From contig JAKIWH010000002.1 in NCBI GenBank assembly GCA_022750125.1, positions 1 to 51,977 on the forward strand: a stretch of DNA of 51,977 nucleotides. The letters are read 5' to 3'. Shown here one piece after another: positions 8,980 to 17,249 of the stretch. A program made the position numbers and the translations under genes. The DNA comes from Thermoplasmata archaeon. Its GTDB lineage: Archaea > Thermoplasmatota > Thermoplasmata > Lutacidiplasmatales > UBA184. The notes beneath the pieces were generated by a model, which was given only the letters and a program-made list of their open reading frames with translations, made no database searches and was not told the DNA's origin. Positions within the stretch are counted from its first letter, which is position 1, and each line of letters begins with the position of its first letter.

Positions 8980-9800
8980 TGGGCGGCACCCTTCAGTTGA
9001 GCCCCACGCGCGAGATCTCCGCCTCCGACAGCTGGGCCTACGCTCCAGCGCTCAACGTCACGGGCACCTCGACGCCGCCCGCAACTGATCTCGGAGCCAA
9101 GGTCAAGTTCTCGGGCCAGACCACGGGGGGAATCGGGCCGGTCGCCCTCTCGTGGAGCTTCGGCGACGCCTCGACCGGCTCCGGGGTCGGCCCCAACCAT
9201 ACCTACGCCGCGATGGGCAGCTACACCGTTCACCTCAACGCCACCGATGCGGTCGGCACCCACGCGACGACGACGTTCACCGTGACGGCGAACGCGCGCC
9301 CGTCGGCGGCGATCACGACCTCACCCTCCCCCGCTGACGTGACCGTCTCCGCGGGTGGGCGGGTCAACTTCACCGGGACGGGCGCGGGGGGAACGGCGCC
9401 CTTCACCTACGGGTGGAGCTTCGGCGACGGCCTCACCGGCACGGGCAACAGCACGAGCCACGCGTACGCGGCGGCAGGGACGTTCACCGTGCGGCTCACG
9501 GTAACGGACGCGGCCGGCGTGCTCGCAACGTCGAACGTGACCGTGAACGTCACGGCCGGAACGAACCACAACACGTCCGGCTCGGGCAGCTCCAGCTCGA
9601 CCCCGTATCTTCTGTACGGTATCCTAGGTGCGGTCGTGCTCGCGGTCATCGTGGCCGCGGTGCTCCTCCTCTCCCGAAGGAAGCGGACCCCTCCGGCGAG
9701 CCCCCCAGCTCCGCCCGGCTACCCGCCGCAGGGCTACTACCCGCCTCCCGCTTCGGGGCCGGCCGCTTCCCCGCCCGCGGCTCCGCCACGGACCGGCTGA
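8976..9800 (+). CDS. Kelch/PKD-domain surface protein, C-terminal part of the same disrupted gene (this frame is open from 8838)
   Basis: The frame open from 8838 encodes the rest of a Kelch repeat (DLNAAFTDFWQFHAGAWNEISP) and a sixth repeat. Two PKD domains follow (WSFGDASTG..HTY...Y.V.L..TD and WSFGDGLTG..HAY...F.V.L.V.D). A C-terminal TM segment and a Pro-rich tail complete it. Confidence 0.7.
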   Translation: MMGGTLQLSPTREISASDSWAYAPALNVTGTSTPPATDLGAKVKFSGQTTGGIGPVALSWSFGDASTGSGVGPNHTYAAMGSYTVHLNATDAVGTHATTTFTVTANARPSAAITTSPSPADVTVSAGGRVNFTGTGAGGTAPFTYGWSFGDGLTGTGNSTSHAYAAAGTFTVRLTVTDAAGVLATSNVTVNVTAGTNHNTSGSGSSSSTPYLLYGILGAVVLAVIVAAVLLLSRRKRTPPASPPAPPGYPPQGYYPPPASGPAASPPAAPPRTG

Positions 9801-9869
9801 GGGCAGCTCCCCCGGTTCACTCGACGGGACGCGAGACAATCGTCTTACGGCCCGGGTCTTCCACCCGGC

Positions 9870-10793
9870 GTGGGCGCAGCGGGACCCGACGCCGCTGGGA
9901 CGGACCCCCGGCTCCTAAGCCGAACCCGGGTGTTCGTCGTGGGGGCAGGGATCATGGGGAGCGGCATCGCGGCCCAGTGCGCTCTCTCGGGATACGCCGT
10001 TACCCTCGCGGACCTCACCGACGAGCTCGCCGAGCGCGGGGTGGCGGGCGCGAAGCGCGCGCTCGACTCGGCGGTGCGCAAGGGCCGGGTCAAGGAATCG
10101 GAGCGGGAGGAGGCTGTGGCTCGCATCGAACCCGCGATCGGCTACCGCCGGGCGGCGGCGGCGCCGATCCTCATCGAAGCGGTCCCCGAGAAGCTCGAAC
10201 TGAAGCACGAGGTGTTCCGCGAGCTTGACCGGGCCGCGAGCCCGCACGCGCTCCTCGCGTCCAATACCTCCTCTCTCCCGATCACCTCGATCGCCAAGGT
10301 GGTGAAAGACCCGGGGCGGGTCGTCGGGATCCACTTCTTCAATCCGGTCCTTTCGATGGCGCTCGTCGAGGTGATCCCGGGCCATGCGACCCGGCCCGAG
10401 GTGGTCGAGGGCGCGGTCGAGCTCGCGCGCTCGCTGGGGAAGACGGTGGTGAAGAGCCGGGACACGCCGGGGTTCGTCACGAGCCGCGCCGTCGCGGTGG
10501 CGATGAACGAGGCGGTCTGGATGCTCTACGAGGGCGTCGCAACGAAAGAGGATATCGACGCCGGGTACCGGCTCGGGTTCGGCCATCCGATGGGGCCGTT
10601 CGAGCTCCTCGACCTCGTGGGCCTCGACACAGCGCTCTCCATCCTGGACGTGCTCTGGGACGGGTACCGCGACTCGAAGTATCGGGCCTGCCCGCTGCTC
10701 CGAACCTTGGTCGAGGCGGGGAAGCTCGGCCGCAAGACCGGTGAAGGTTTCTACAGCTACCCGCAGCCCCCGGGAGAGACGAGGCCCACGTGA
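9870..10793 (+). CDS. 3-hydroxyacyl-CoA / 3-hydroxybutyryl-CoA dehydrogenase
   Basis: An NAD-binding motif (VFVVGAGIMGSGIA) is present, with the family patterns ASNTSSLPI, GIHFFNP, PGFVTSR and a C-terminal dimerisation domain. An alternative GTG start lies at 9930. Confidence 0.85.
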   Translation: MGAAGPDAAGTDPRLLSRTRVFVVGAGIMGSGIAAQCALSGYAVTLADLTDELAERGVAGAKRALDSAVRKGRVKESEREEAVARIEPAIGYRRAAAAPILIEAVPEKLELKHEVFRELDRAASPHALLASNTSSLPITSIAKVVKDPGRVVGIHFFNPVLSMALVEVIPGHATRPEVVEGAVELARSLGKTVVKSRDTPGFVTSRAVAVAMNEAVWMLYEGVATKEDIDAGYRLGFGHPMGPFELLDLVGLDTALSILDVLWDGYRDSKYRACPLLRTLVEAGKLGRKTGEGFYSYPQPPGETRPT

Positions 10794-11641
10794 CCGACCT
10801 CGGTCCGCTCGACGACATCGTCTTCCTCATCGTGGCGGCGCTCCTCCCGGCGCTCATCTACCTCGCCTGGGTCCGCTCTGGTGAGCGAGGCAACGCAGGG
10901 CCGTGGTCGCCTCTCCTCGGCGCCTTCTTCCTGGGAGCGCTGGGGGCGACGTTCGCCGCGGCGCTCATCGAGGGCGCGCTCCTCGCCGGCGGCACCGCCT
11001 TCTCCCACGCGTACCCCGCCCCCGAGTTCACCTTCCTGAACGGCAGCTCGACGATCGGCGCGCTGTTCCTGGTGCTCGTCCTCGCCCCGGTCGTCGAGGA
11101 GGGGCTCAAGGCGTGGGGCACTACCTCCTACAAGGACCAGTTCCGTACCGTCGCCGACGGACCGGTCTACGGTGCCGGCGTGGGGCTCGGCTTCGGCTTT
11201 TTCGAGACGTTCCTGTACGGATTCGGTGCGTACCTCACGGGTGGGCTCGCCGCCGGGCTCGTCCTCATCTTTGTACGAAGCCTTTCGAGCGTCCTCCTCC
11301 ACGGAAGCTCGACCGCGCTCTTCGGCTTCGGCTACGCGAGGAAGCGTTTCGGTGCCCCGGGCGCCCCCGAAGCGAGCCATTTCGCGGGGGCGGTCGGGCT
11401 CCACGCGAGCTTCAACGCGCTCGCCTCGCTCCCGGTGCTCGTGGTGCTCGCGGGACTTGGCAACGCGTACGCCGGAGCGTTGAGCCTCCTCGGCCTTGGG
11501 CTTGCGATCCTGCTCGCGTTCAGTGCGATCGAGTACGTCCGCTCCCTCGTTCTGCGCGGAAGCTACGCGGGCGCGGGGCCGATGAACGCGCGGTACCGCC
11601 CACCCGGCCCGGTGAGCCGGCCGACGGCCCGGGGTCGCTAG
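10790..11641 (+). CDS. PrsW-family intramembrane metalloprotease
   Basis: A polytopic protein with the PrsW motifs EEGLK, FGFFE, a conserved His in LLHGSSTA, and HASFNA. Its GTG overlaps the stop of the upstream gene (GTGA). Confidence 0.8.
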   Translation: MTDLGPLDDIVFLIVAALLPALIYLAWVRSGERGNAGPWSPLLGAFFLGALGATFAAALIEGALLAGGTAFSHAYPAPEFTFLNGSSTIGALFLVLVLAPVVEEGLKAWGTTSYKDQFRTVADGPVYGAGVGLGFGFFETFLYGFGAYLTGGLAAGLVLIFVRSLSSVLLHGSSTALFGFGYARKRFGAPGAPEASHFAGAVGLHASFNALASLPVLVVLAGLGNAYAGALSLLGLGLAILLAFSAIEYVRSLVLRGSYAGAGPMNARYRPPGPVSRPTARGR

Positions 11642-11994
11642 CGCGCCGGCGGTCGCGCCCGGGGCGCGCCGCCCGAGCGGTTCCAGGCGTCGTCCGAGAT
11701 CTGCCGGTAGACCGCGTCCGCGCCCTCCGAGGAGGCCGCCTCGCCCCCCTCGCTCGCGGCGCGGATGCGGGATTTCTTGAGGAACCAGTAGTGGATCCGC
11801 CAGGTCTTGCCCCGCGAGACGGTCGCGTCCTCCTCCTCGCTCGAGAGGAGTCCCTCCTCCTCGAGCCGGTAGAAGTGGTCGCGGTCCTCGCTCGCGACCT
11901 TGTTGTCGAGGACGGCGTCCCCGGGACCGAAGTAGTTGAGCACGGTCCGGGCGACGACCACCGCCTGCTCGGGTGGGATCTTCCCGTGGGCCAC
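11638..11994 (-). CDS. Hypothetical protein (acidic core, basic tail)
   Basis: High third-position GC and a plausible protein composition support it. The GTG start at 11994 is the only canonical start in frame, and coding-like sequence continues upstream (see findings). No family was recognised. Confidence 0.55.
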   Translation of the reverse strand: MAHGKIPPEQAVVVARTVLNYFGPGDAVLDNKVASEDRDHFYRLEEEGLLSSEEEDATVSRGKTWRIHYWFLKKSRIRAASEGGEAASSEGADAVYRQISDDAWNRSGGAPRARPPAR

Positions 11995-12140
11995 GAGGGT
12001 GCGTTCGATCGCCCGGGTGAGTTCGGCTTCGGTAACCGGCGTACGGTCCCCCCCGTCGGCGAAAGCGTCGCTCGGTAAGACCTTTCGCAGCCGTCGGCGA
12101 GGCGCATCCTCAAGTCGGCAAGCGGTGTCCCGCTCGCCCC

Positions 12141-13388
12141 ATGCCGGTGGAGGAGGTAGCTGCCCCGAGCTTCGAGCTTGCGCCCGAGCTCCTTGCAGCG
12201 GCGGGCCGGCTCAAGGGGACGCCGCTCTGCGCCGAGTGTCTCGGACGGGTGTTCGGTCGGGCGGGCCACGGCCTCACGAACCCGGAGCGCGCCGCGCGGT
12301 TGATCGGGGCGGTCGAAGGGCTCGCTCCCGTCGCCGGGGCCGATTGCTTCCTCTGCGCGGGCGGCTTCGACCGTTGGCCGACCTGGAGTAGAAGGGCCCG
12401 GGAGGCCGCCTCGCCGTACGAGTGGCACCGTTTCACCTGCGGCTCCCGCTGGGACCCGGAGCTCCTCGCCCGCGAGGAGGCGCTCTGGGGGCTCGCGTCG
12501 AGCGCCTGGGGCGAGAGCGCGCGGGCCGCCTTCAACCGGGAGTGGGGCAAGCGGCTTGCCGAGGAGACCGGGGCCGAGGGGACGACCCAGGGCGGCGAGA
12601 TCCTGTTCGTTGCGGACCTGCTCGTCGGCCGGGTCGAAGTGACGGTGGCCCCGCTGTACGTGGAGGGGCGGTACCGGAAGCTCGACCGCACGCTCCCCCA
12701 GACCCGCTGGCCGTGCCGCAAGTGCCGCGGACGGGGCTGCGACGCCTGCGGCCGCACGGGAAAGACGTACGAATCGAGCGTGGAGGAGCTCGTGGCGGCT
12801 CCGTTCCTCGCCGCCACCGAGGCGGAGGGGACACGATTCCACGGGATGGGACGGGAGGACATCGATGCGCGCATGCTCGGGCACGGGCGACCGTTCGTTC
12901 TCGAGCTCCGGGCGCCCCGGCGCCGCACCCTCGACCTGCCCAAGCTCGCGGAGGAGCTTGCGACGAGCGCGGCAGGACGGGTCGAGGTGGAGGGGCTCGT
13001 CGCCGCGGACGCGGCGAGCGTTCGGCGGGTGAAGGAGGCCTCCCCCTGGAAGAGCTACCGCGTCACGTTCACCGGGGAGGCGGCGGTGGAAAAGGTTAAG
13101 GAAGCGGTGGAACTCGTTCCGCTCCGAGCCATCGCCCAGCGCACGCCGACGAGGGTCGCGCACCGACGCGCCGACCGGGTACGCACCCGGAGGATCGCGG
13201 AGGTGTCGATCGTCGCCGCCGAGCCGGGGCGGTTCACGCTCGAGCTGCGGGCCGAGGCCGGCACGTACATCAAGGAGTGGGTGGAGGGAGATGCAGGGCG
13301 CACGGAGCCGAGCCTCACCGAACTTCTCGGGGTGCCGCTCTCGGTAGAGAGCCTCGATGTGCTAGAGATCCACGACAGAGAGGGATAG
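12141..13388 (+). CDS. pus10: tRNA pseudouridine(54/55) synthase Pus10
   Basis: N-terminal Zn-binding CAECLGRVFG, RWPCRKCRGRGCDACGRTG, and the catalytic region GREDIDARMLGHGRPFVLE are present. The 415-aa length is typical. Confidence 0.9.
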   Translation: MPVEEVAAPSFELAPELLAAAGRLKGTPLCAECLGRVFGRAGHGLTNPERAARLIGAVEGLAPVAGADCFLCAGGFDRWPTWSRRAREAASPYEWHRFTCGSRWDPELLAREEALWGLASSAWGESARAAFNREWGKRLAEETGAEGTTQGGEILFVADLLVGRVEVTVAPLYVEGRYRKLDRTLPQTRWPCRKCRGRGCDACGRTGKTYESSVEELVAAPFLAATEAEGTRFHGMGREDIDARMLGHGRPFVLELRAPRRRTLDLPKLAEELATSAAGRVEVEGLVAADAASVRRVKEASPWKSYRVTFTGEAAVEKVKEAVELVPLRAIAQRTPTRVAHRRADRVRTRRIAEVSIVAAEPGRFTLELRAEAGTYIKEWVEGDAGRTEPSLTELLGVPLSVESLDVLEIHDREG

Positions 13389-13703
13389 ATGGTCAAGAGT
13401 TCGAAAGGTTCCCGGTCCCGCACGCGCGGCGTCCTCACGAAGGAGGCGCGCGACCGGGGCATGCCGCCCGTCACCCGCTACCTGCAGGCGTTCGAGGTGG
13501 GCCAGAAGGTGGTCGTCCGGCTCGAAGCCTCGGAACCGAGGGGCCAGCCGCACCCGCGCTACCAGGGGGTGACCGCCACGGTCCTGCGGCGCGTCGGCCG
13601 CGCCTACCAGCTCGAGTTCTACGACGGTGGCAAGCGCAAGGAAGTGGTCGCCCTCCCCGTCCATCTCGCCCCCGCCGGCGGCGGACCGCCCAAGGCGGGG
13701 TGA
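13389..13703 (+). CDS. rpl21e: 50S ribosomal protein L21e
   Basis: MVKSSKGSRSRTRGVL...F.VGQKV...HPRYQG.T..V is the L21e signature. The ATG directly abuts the pus10 stop. Confidence 0.93.
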   Translation: MVKSSKGSRSRTRGVLTKEARDRGMPPVTRYLQAFEVGQKVVVRLEASEPRGQPHPRYQGVTATVLRRVGRAYQLEFYDGGKRKEVVALPVHLAPAGGGPPKAG

Positions 13704-13706
13704 TCC

Positions 13707-14021
13707 GTGCCCGACCCCGTTCCGCTCGCGGAAGTGAAGCGCCGTCTGACCGACGAGGCGAGCCGACGCACTCTCCCGCGGGAGGCGATGCTCGCGCAGG
13801 GGCACTCGGAGCTGTTCGCGCGCCTGCCTCCGGAAGAGACGACGAAGCTCCTCGCCTCGCTCCGAGAGCTCTCCTACGTCGATGCGGCGATGGCGGTGAA
13901 GCTCGCGGACCTGATGCCGCAGTACACCGAGGAGCTTCGGCTCCTCTACTCGAAGGAACGACTTCTTCTCGACGAGGCGCAGCTCGCGAAGCTGCTGGAG
14001 ATCCTCGCTCAGTACCGATGA
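13707..14021 (+). CDS. rpoF: DNA-directed RNA polymerase subunit Rpo4/F (Rpb4-like)
   Basis: A 104-aa helical protein sitting in the conserved euryarchaeal gene string L21e-RpoF-DUF655-KsgA. The call rests on position and size more than on motifs. Confidence 0.7.
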   Translation: MPDPVPLAEVKRRLTDEASRRTLPREAMLAQGHSELFARLPPEETTKLLASLRELSYVDAAMAVKLADLMPQYTEELRLLYSKERLLLDEAQLAKLLEILAQYR

Positions 14022-14037
14022 GTCCGGACGAACGGCC

Positions 14038-14583
14038 GTGGAGACGTACGCGCACATCCTCGACTATCTGCCGAACGGCCGGGCGACCGAGCACGGGTTC
14101 CACCGCGAGCCGGTGGCGCTCGCTGTCGGCGAGAGCGAGCTGAAACTCCTCGAGCTCATCCCGCGGCCCGGCGTGGCCCTTGTGCCGGGGTCGCGGATCC
14201 CGCTCGTGCCCCTGAACGGCGTGGCGCCGCCGATCGACCACGTCCGTCGACGGCTCGGCTACCCCGAACTTTCCACGTCGGCCCGGACGCTGCTTCCCGA
14301 GGCGCTCGAACGGATCGTGCGGGCGGACCCGGGGCGTTTCCTCCGCCTGTTCAACGAGGCTCCTGCCGTGTCGCGCCGGTTCAATCTGCTCGAGCTGCTC
14401 CCTGGGATCGGAAAGAAGACGATGCTCGCCATCGTGGACGAACGCCGCAAGGGTCCCTTCGAGAGCTTCGAGGCTCTCGAGGCCCGCATGCATATCACCC
14501 GCCCCGAGCGTCGGGTCGTCGCCCGGATCGAGCAGGAGATGGAAGGTCCTCCCGACAAGTACCGCCTCTTCGTCGCGCCGTGA
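14038..14583 (+). CDS. DUF655-family putative RNA-binding protein
   Basis: It has the N-terminal ILDYLPNGR pattern and a C-terminal helix-hairpin-helix-like region (LLELLPGIGKKT). It occupies the conserved position before ksgA. Confidence 0.8.
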   Translation: METYAHILDYLPNGRATEHGFHREPVALAVGESELKLLELIPRPGVALVPGSRIPLVPLNGVAPPIDHVRRRLGYPELSTSARTLLPEALERIVRADPGRFLRLFNEAPAVSRRFNLLELLPGIGKKTMLAIVDERRKGPFESFEALEARMHITRPERRVVARIEQEMEGPPDKYRLFVAP

Positions 14584-15521
14584 CGCCGACCCCGGTCGAT
14601 CCCCCCGCTCCGCCCTATCGCCCGGAGGCGGTCCGGGCCCGCCTCGAGGAGCTCGGTGTACGCCCCTCCAAAGGATCGGGCCAGTCGTTCCTCACCGACC
14701 CGTTCCTCCCGGACATTGAAGTGGCGCTCCTCGAGCTCGCGCCCGGGACCCCGATCGTCGAGGTGGGCGGGGGACTCGGGGCGCTCACCGCAGCCCTCCT
14801 CCGACGGGGTCTCCGTCCGCTTCGGGTTATCGAGCGGGATCCGCGGCTCGCCCGGCACCTGCGGGAGTTCGTCGCCGGCCGTGCCGAGGTGGTCGAGGCG
14901 GACGCGCTCACCTTTCTGTTCGTTCCCGAGGAGGCGGTGATAGGTAACCTTCCGTTCGCGACCGCGACACCGCTGCTGATGCGGCTGTTCGCGCTCCGGC
15001 CGCGTCGGGTCGTTGCGCTCGTCCAGCGGGAGGTCGGCGAGAGGCTCGCGGCGGAGCCCGGCGGGACGGCGTTCGGGAGGCCGACGATCCTTGCCGCCCT
15101 CTACGGCACGGTCGAGCTGTTTGCTCGGGTCCCTTCGACCTCCTTCGAGCCGGAGCCGGCGGTGGAAGGGATCGTCCTCCGGTTCACGCCGCGCGAGGGT
15201 CCGCTCCCTGTCGGATCCCCCGCTATTCTCGAGGATCTCACTCGGCGACTTTTCGCGTGGCGGCGAAAACAGCTCGGGAACTCCCTCCCCGCGGTCGTCG
15301 GCGGCGACGCGCAGGCCGAACGCCTCGCTCGGGAGTCGGGGTGGCCCTCGGATTGGAAACGCCTACGTCCGGAAGCGCTTGGCCCGCCCCTCTTCTTCGC
15401 GCTCGCCCACGCCCTGGAAGATCGCGCGGCCGGCGCGACGAGCCCTCGTGCCGGGGCCGCCAAGCGGCTTCGGGACCCGCCCTCGAGTGGGGCGGAGCCT
15501 TCGGCTAGCTACATATCCTAA
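14580..15521 (+). CDS. rsmA: 16S rRNA (adenine-N6,N6)-dimethyltransferase KsgA/Dim1
   Basis: GQSFLTD, the SAM-binding VEVGGGLGALT and NLPF(A) motifs are present. The GTG overlaps the upstream stop. It has a ~40-aa C-terminal extension. Confidence 0.9.
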   Translation: MTPTPVDPPAPPYRPEAVRARLEELGVRPSKGSGQSFLTDPFLPDIEVALLELAPGTPIVEVGGGLGALTAALLRRGLRPLRVIERDPRLARHLREFVAGRAEVVEADALTFLFVPEEAVIGNLPFATATPLLMRLFALRPRRVVALVQREVGERLAAEPGGTAFGRPTILAALYGTVELFARVPSTSFEPEPAVEGIVLRFTPREGPLPVGSPAILEDLTRRLFAWRRKQLGNSLPAVVGGDAQAERLARESGWPSDWKRLRPEALGPPLFFALAHALEDRAAGATSPRAGAAKRLRDPPSSGAEPSASYIS

Positions 15522-15543
15522 GAGTTCGCTCTTCTACGTAGCC

Positions 15544-16377
15544 ATGCGTACTTCACCGTCGCTCCGCCGGTTCGGTCCCCGACGCCGCCGGGGGGTCTCG
15601 AACATGATCGCCGTGGTGTTCCTCGTCGCGATCACCATCACCGCGGGCACGGTCCTCTGGACCCTGAGCCTCTCCTTTCCCCCCCCGACCACGTATGTCA
15701 CCTACGTGGCCCACGCGGGCCTCAAGGTCCCGGCCTGGGGAGACCCAACGGACTGCATCCCCGTCGGCTGGCCGCCGACCCCCAAGGCGACGTGGAGCGC
15801 CGCCGAACGGTCGGCCGCGACGATCGACTGTAACGGGAGCCCTCCTGTCGGAAACTTCTCCGTCATGAACGCAACCGAGATCACCTTCACTTCGGTCACC
15901 CCCTCGAACCTCCAGCTCGCGAACGTCCAGTTCGAGTTCATCTGCCACAACTCGACGAACACCACGGTGCTCGTGGGCGGATCGCTCGCCGCGATGACCT
16001 GGTTCCCGGGGTCCACGACGAGCCCACCGCCGAACGCCCCGCATCTCGGCTGGTGCGGCAACTTCCACGCGGGCGGTTTCGGCGGCGGCGCCTTCGGGAC
16101 GCTCTACAATCGGCTCGGCCTCTTCGTGCCGATCCAGCACAACGTGAACGTCCTCGCGCCCGGGGACACGTTCATCCTCTACGTGCATACGCCGGGATCG
16201 ATCTACGATCCGGCCTGCGGGCCGCAGGGCGGCCCCGACTGCGACGACTACCACGGCGCACCCCCCTGGTGCTTCAGCATCCCGGGCGCCTGCGAGATCA
16301 AGATCCTCTCGACGACCGGCTCGGGCGGGCTCCTCGCCGACATCCAGATCTACTCCATCTCGGGCGCGAACCAGTAG
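15544..16377 (+). CDS. Archaeal type IV pilin-like protein (class III signal peptide)
   Basis: RRRGVSNMIAVVFLVAITITAGTVLW matches the archaeal prepilin pattern: basic residues, G/A-S, then a hydrophobic helix. The remainder is Cys- and N-x-S/T-rich secreted sequence. The ATG at 15544 was chosen because the upstream part of track ORF 15013.. overlaps ksgA out of frame. Confidence 0.7.
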   Translation: MRTSPSLRRFGPRRRRGVSNMIAVVFLVAITITAGTVLWTLSLSFPPPTTYVTYVAHAGLKVPAWGDPTDCIPVGWPPTPKATWSAAERSAATIDCNGSPPVGNFSVMNATEITFTSVTPSNLQLANVQFEFICHNSTNTTVLVGGSLAAMTWFPGSTTSPPPNAPHLGWCGNFHAGGFGGGAFGTLYNRLGLFVPIQHNVNVLAPGDTFILYVHTPGSIYDPACGPQGGPDCDDYHGAPPWCFSIPGACEIKILSTTGSGGLLADIQIYSISGANQ

Positions 16378-16420
16378 CGGCCTCGTTCGGCCGGAAGGGC
16401 CGGTGCGGCCTCGACGCGAT

Positions 16421-17104
16421 TCAGTTTATGGGGGCGTCGACAGAGCCGTCAAACCCTCCCCCCACCGCCATCGCAATCAACTGGTCGCCCTGGTGGGAGT
16501 ACGGAAGCCCTCCGCTCGGAAGCGAGCGGAGGATGAGGGAATCGCCAGTAGCGAAGGGAGTTGCGAGGCAGTCGGTTCCGCCGCACGCCCTCGCGTCGAG
16601 TAGGCTCGTCCAACTTCCGCTCGTGGAGTTCCAAACTGCCATCCAGCCTCCTCCTTCGTTGGCTACGGCGACAACGTAGGTCGAATTCAGCGAGACGCCC
16701 GCCGAGTTCCAAAGTCGGAACGACAGGTCACCGACCCGCGGAATCGTGGTCGGCGGAGCTCCCGAGGGGTAAGCCTTGACCGAGAAGGAGTACGCGCAGT
16801 TTCCCGGCGTCGAGCCGTTTCCTGCGATACAGGCTCCTGTCCCGTTTCCGATCTCGAGGGCCGTACCAACTGGCGTGCTGGCGGACGCGCACCCCGCGCA
16901 GCCGGGGTAGAAAGTGAGTTCGATGGCGAGTAGACCGACGGTGGCAGTGACCAGGCCGAGGACGATACTGACCGTCGCGAACGCCGACAAGCGCCGGGGC
17001 GGGGGTCCTGCCGACACGGTGCCGAATCGCCCCGAGGGAGCATTACAACTCGGTTCGATAACTTCTCTCGAGCAATCCGCTCTGGAGCGAGACCCACCCG
17101 GCAC
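16421..17104 (-). CDS. Membrane-anchored secreted protein, hypothetical
   Basis: A single N-terminal TM segment (ATVSIVLGLVTATVGLLAI) precedes a Cys-rich, sequon-rich ectodomain. It converges on the pilin-like gene. The start (GTG 17104) is uncertain. Confidence 0.55.
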   Translation of the reverse strand: MPGGSRSRADCSREVIEPSCNAPSGRFGTVSAGPPPRRLSAFATVSIVLGLVTATVGLLAIELTFYPGCAGCASASTPVGTALEIGNGTGACIAGNGSTPGNCAYSFSVKAYPSGAPPTTIPRVGDLSFRLWNSAGVSLNSTYVVAVANEGGGWMAVWNSTSGSWTSLLDARACGGTDCLATPFATGDSLILRSLPSGGLPYSHQGDQLIAMAVGGGFDGSVDAPIN

Positions 17105-17211
17105 CCTGGCCTCGCACGGACGCGGCCGAGCGTCGTGCGGGCCTCGACCTGTCCGGCGAAACCGGGGGCGTTTTTTGGGTCATCTTTCATAGTCCGCCTA
17201 CTAGATACATT

Positions 17212-17219
17212 CTTATACA
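17212..17219 (+). promoter_or_regulatory. TATA-like box of the thermosome gene
   Basis: CTTATACA lies 31-38 nt upstream of the ATG at 17250. It sits inside one of the few AT-rich stretches of the window, with a T6 run at 17171-17176. Confidence 0.45.
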
Positions 17220-17249
17220 AGCGAAAAATCACCTCCATTGGTGAGCCAG

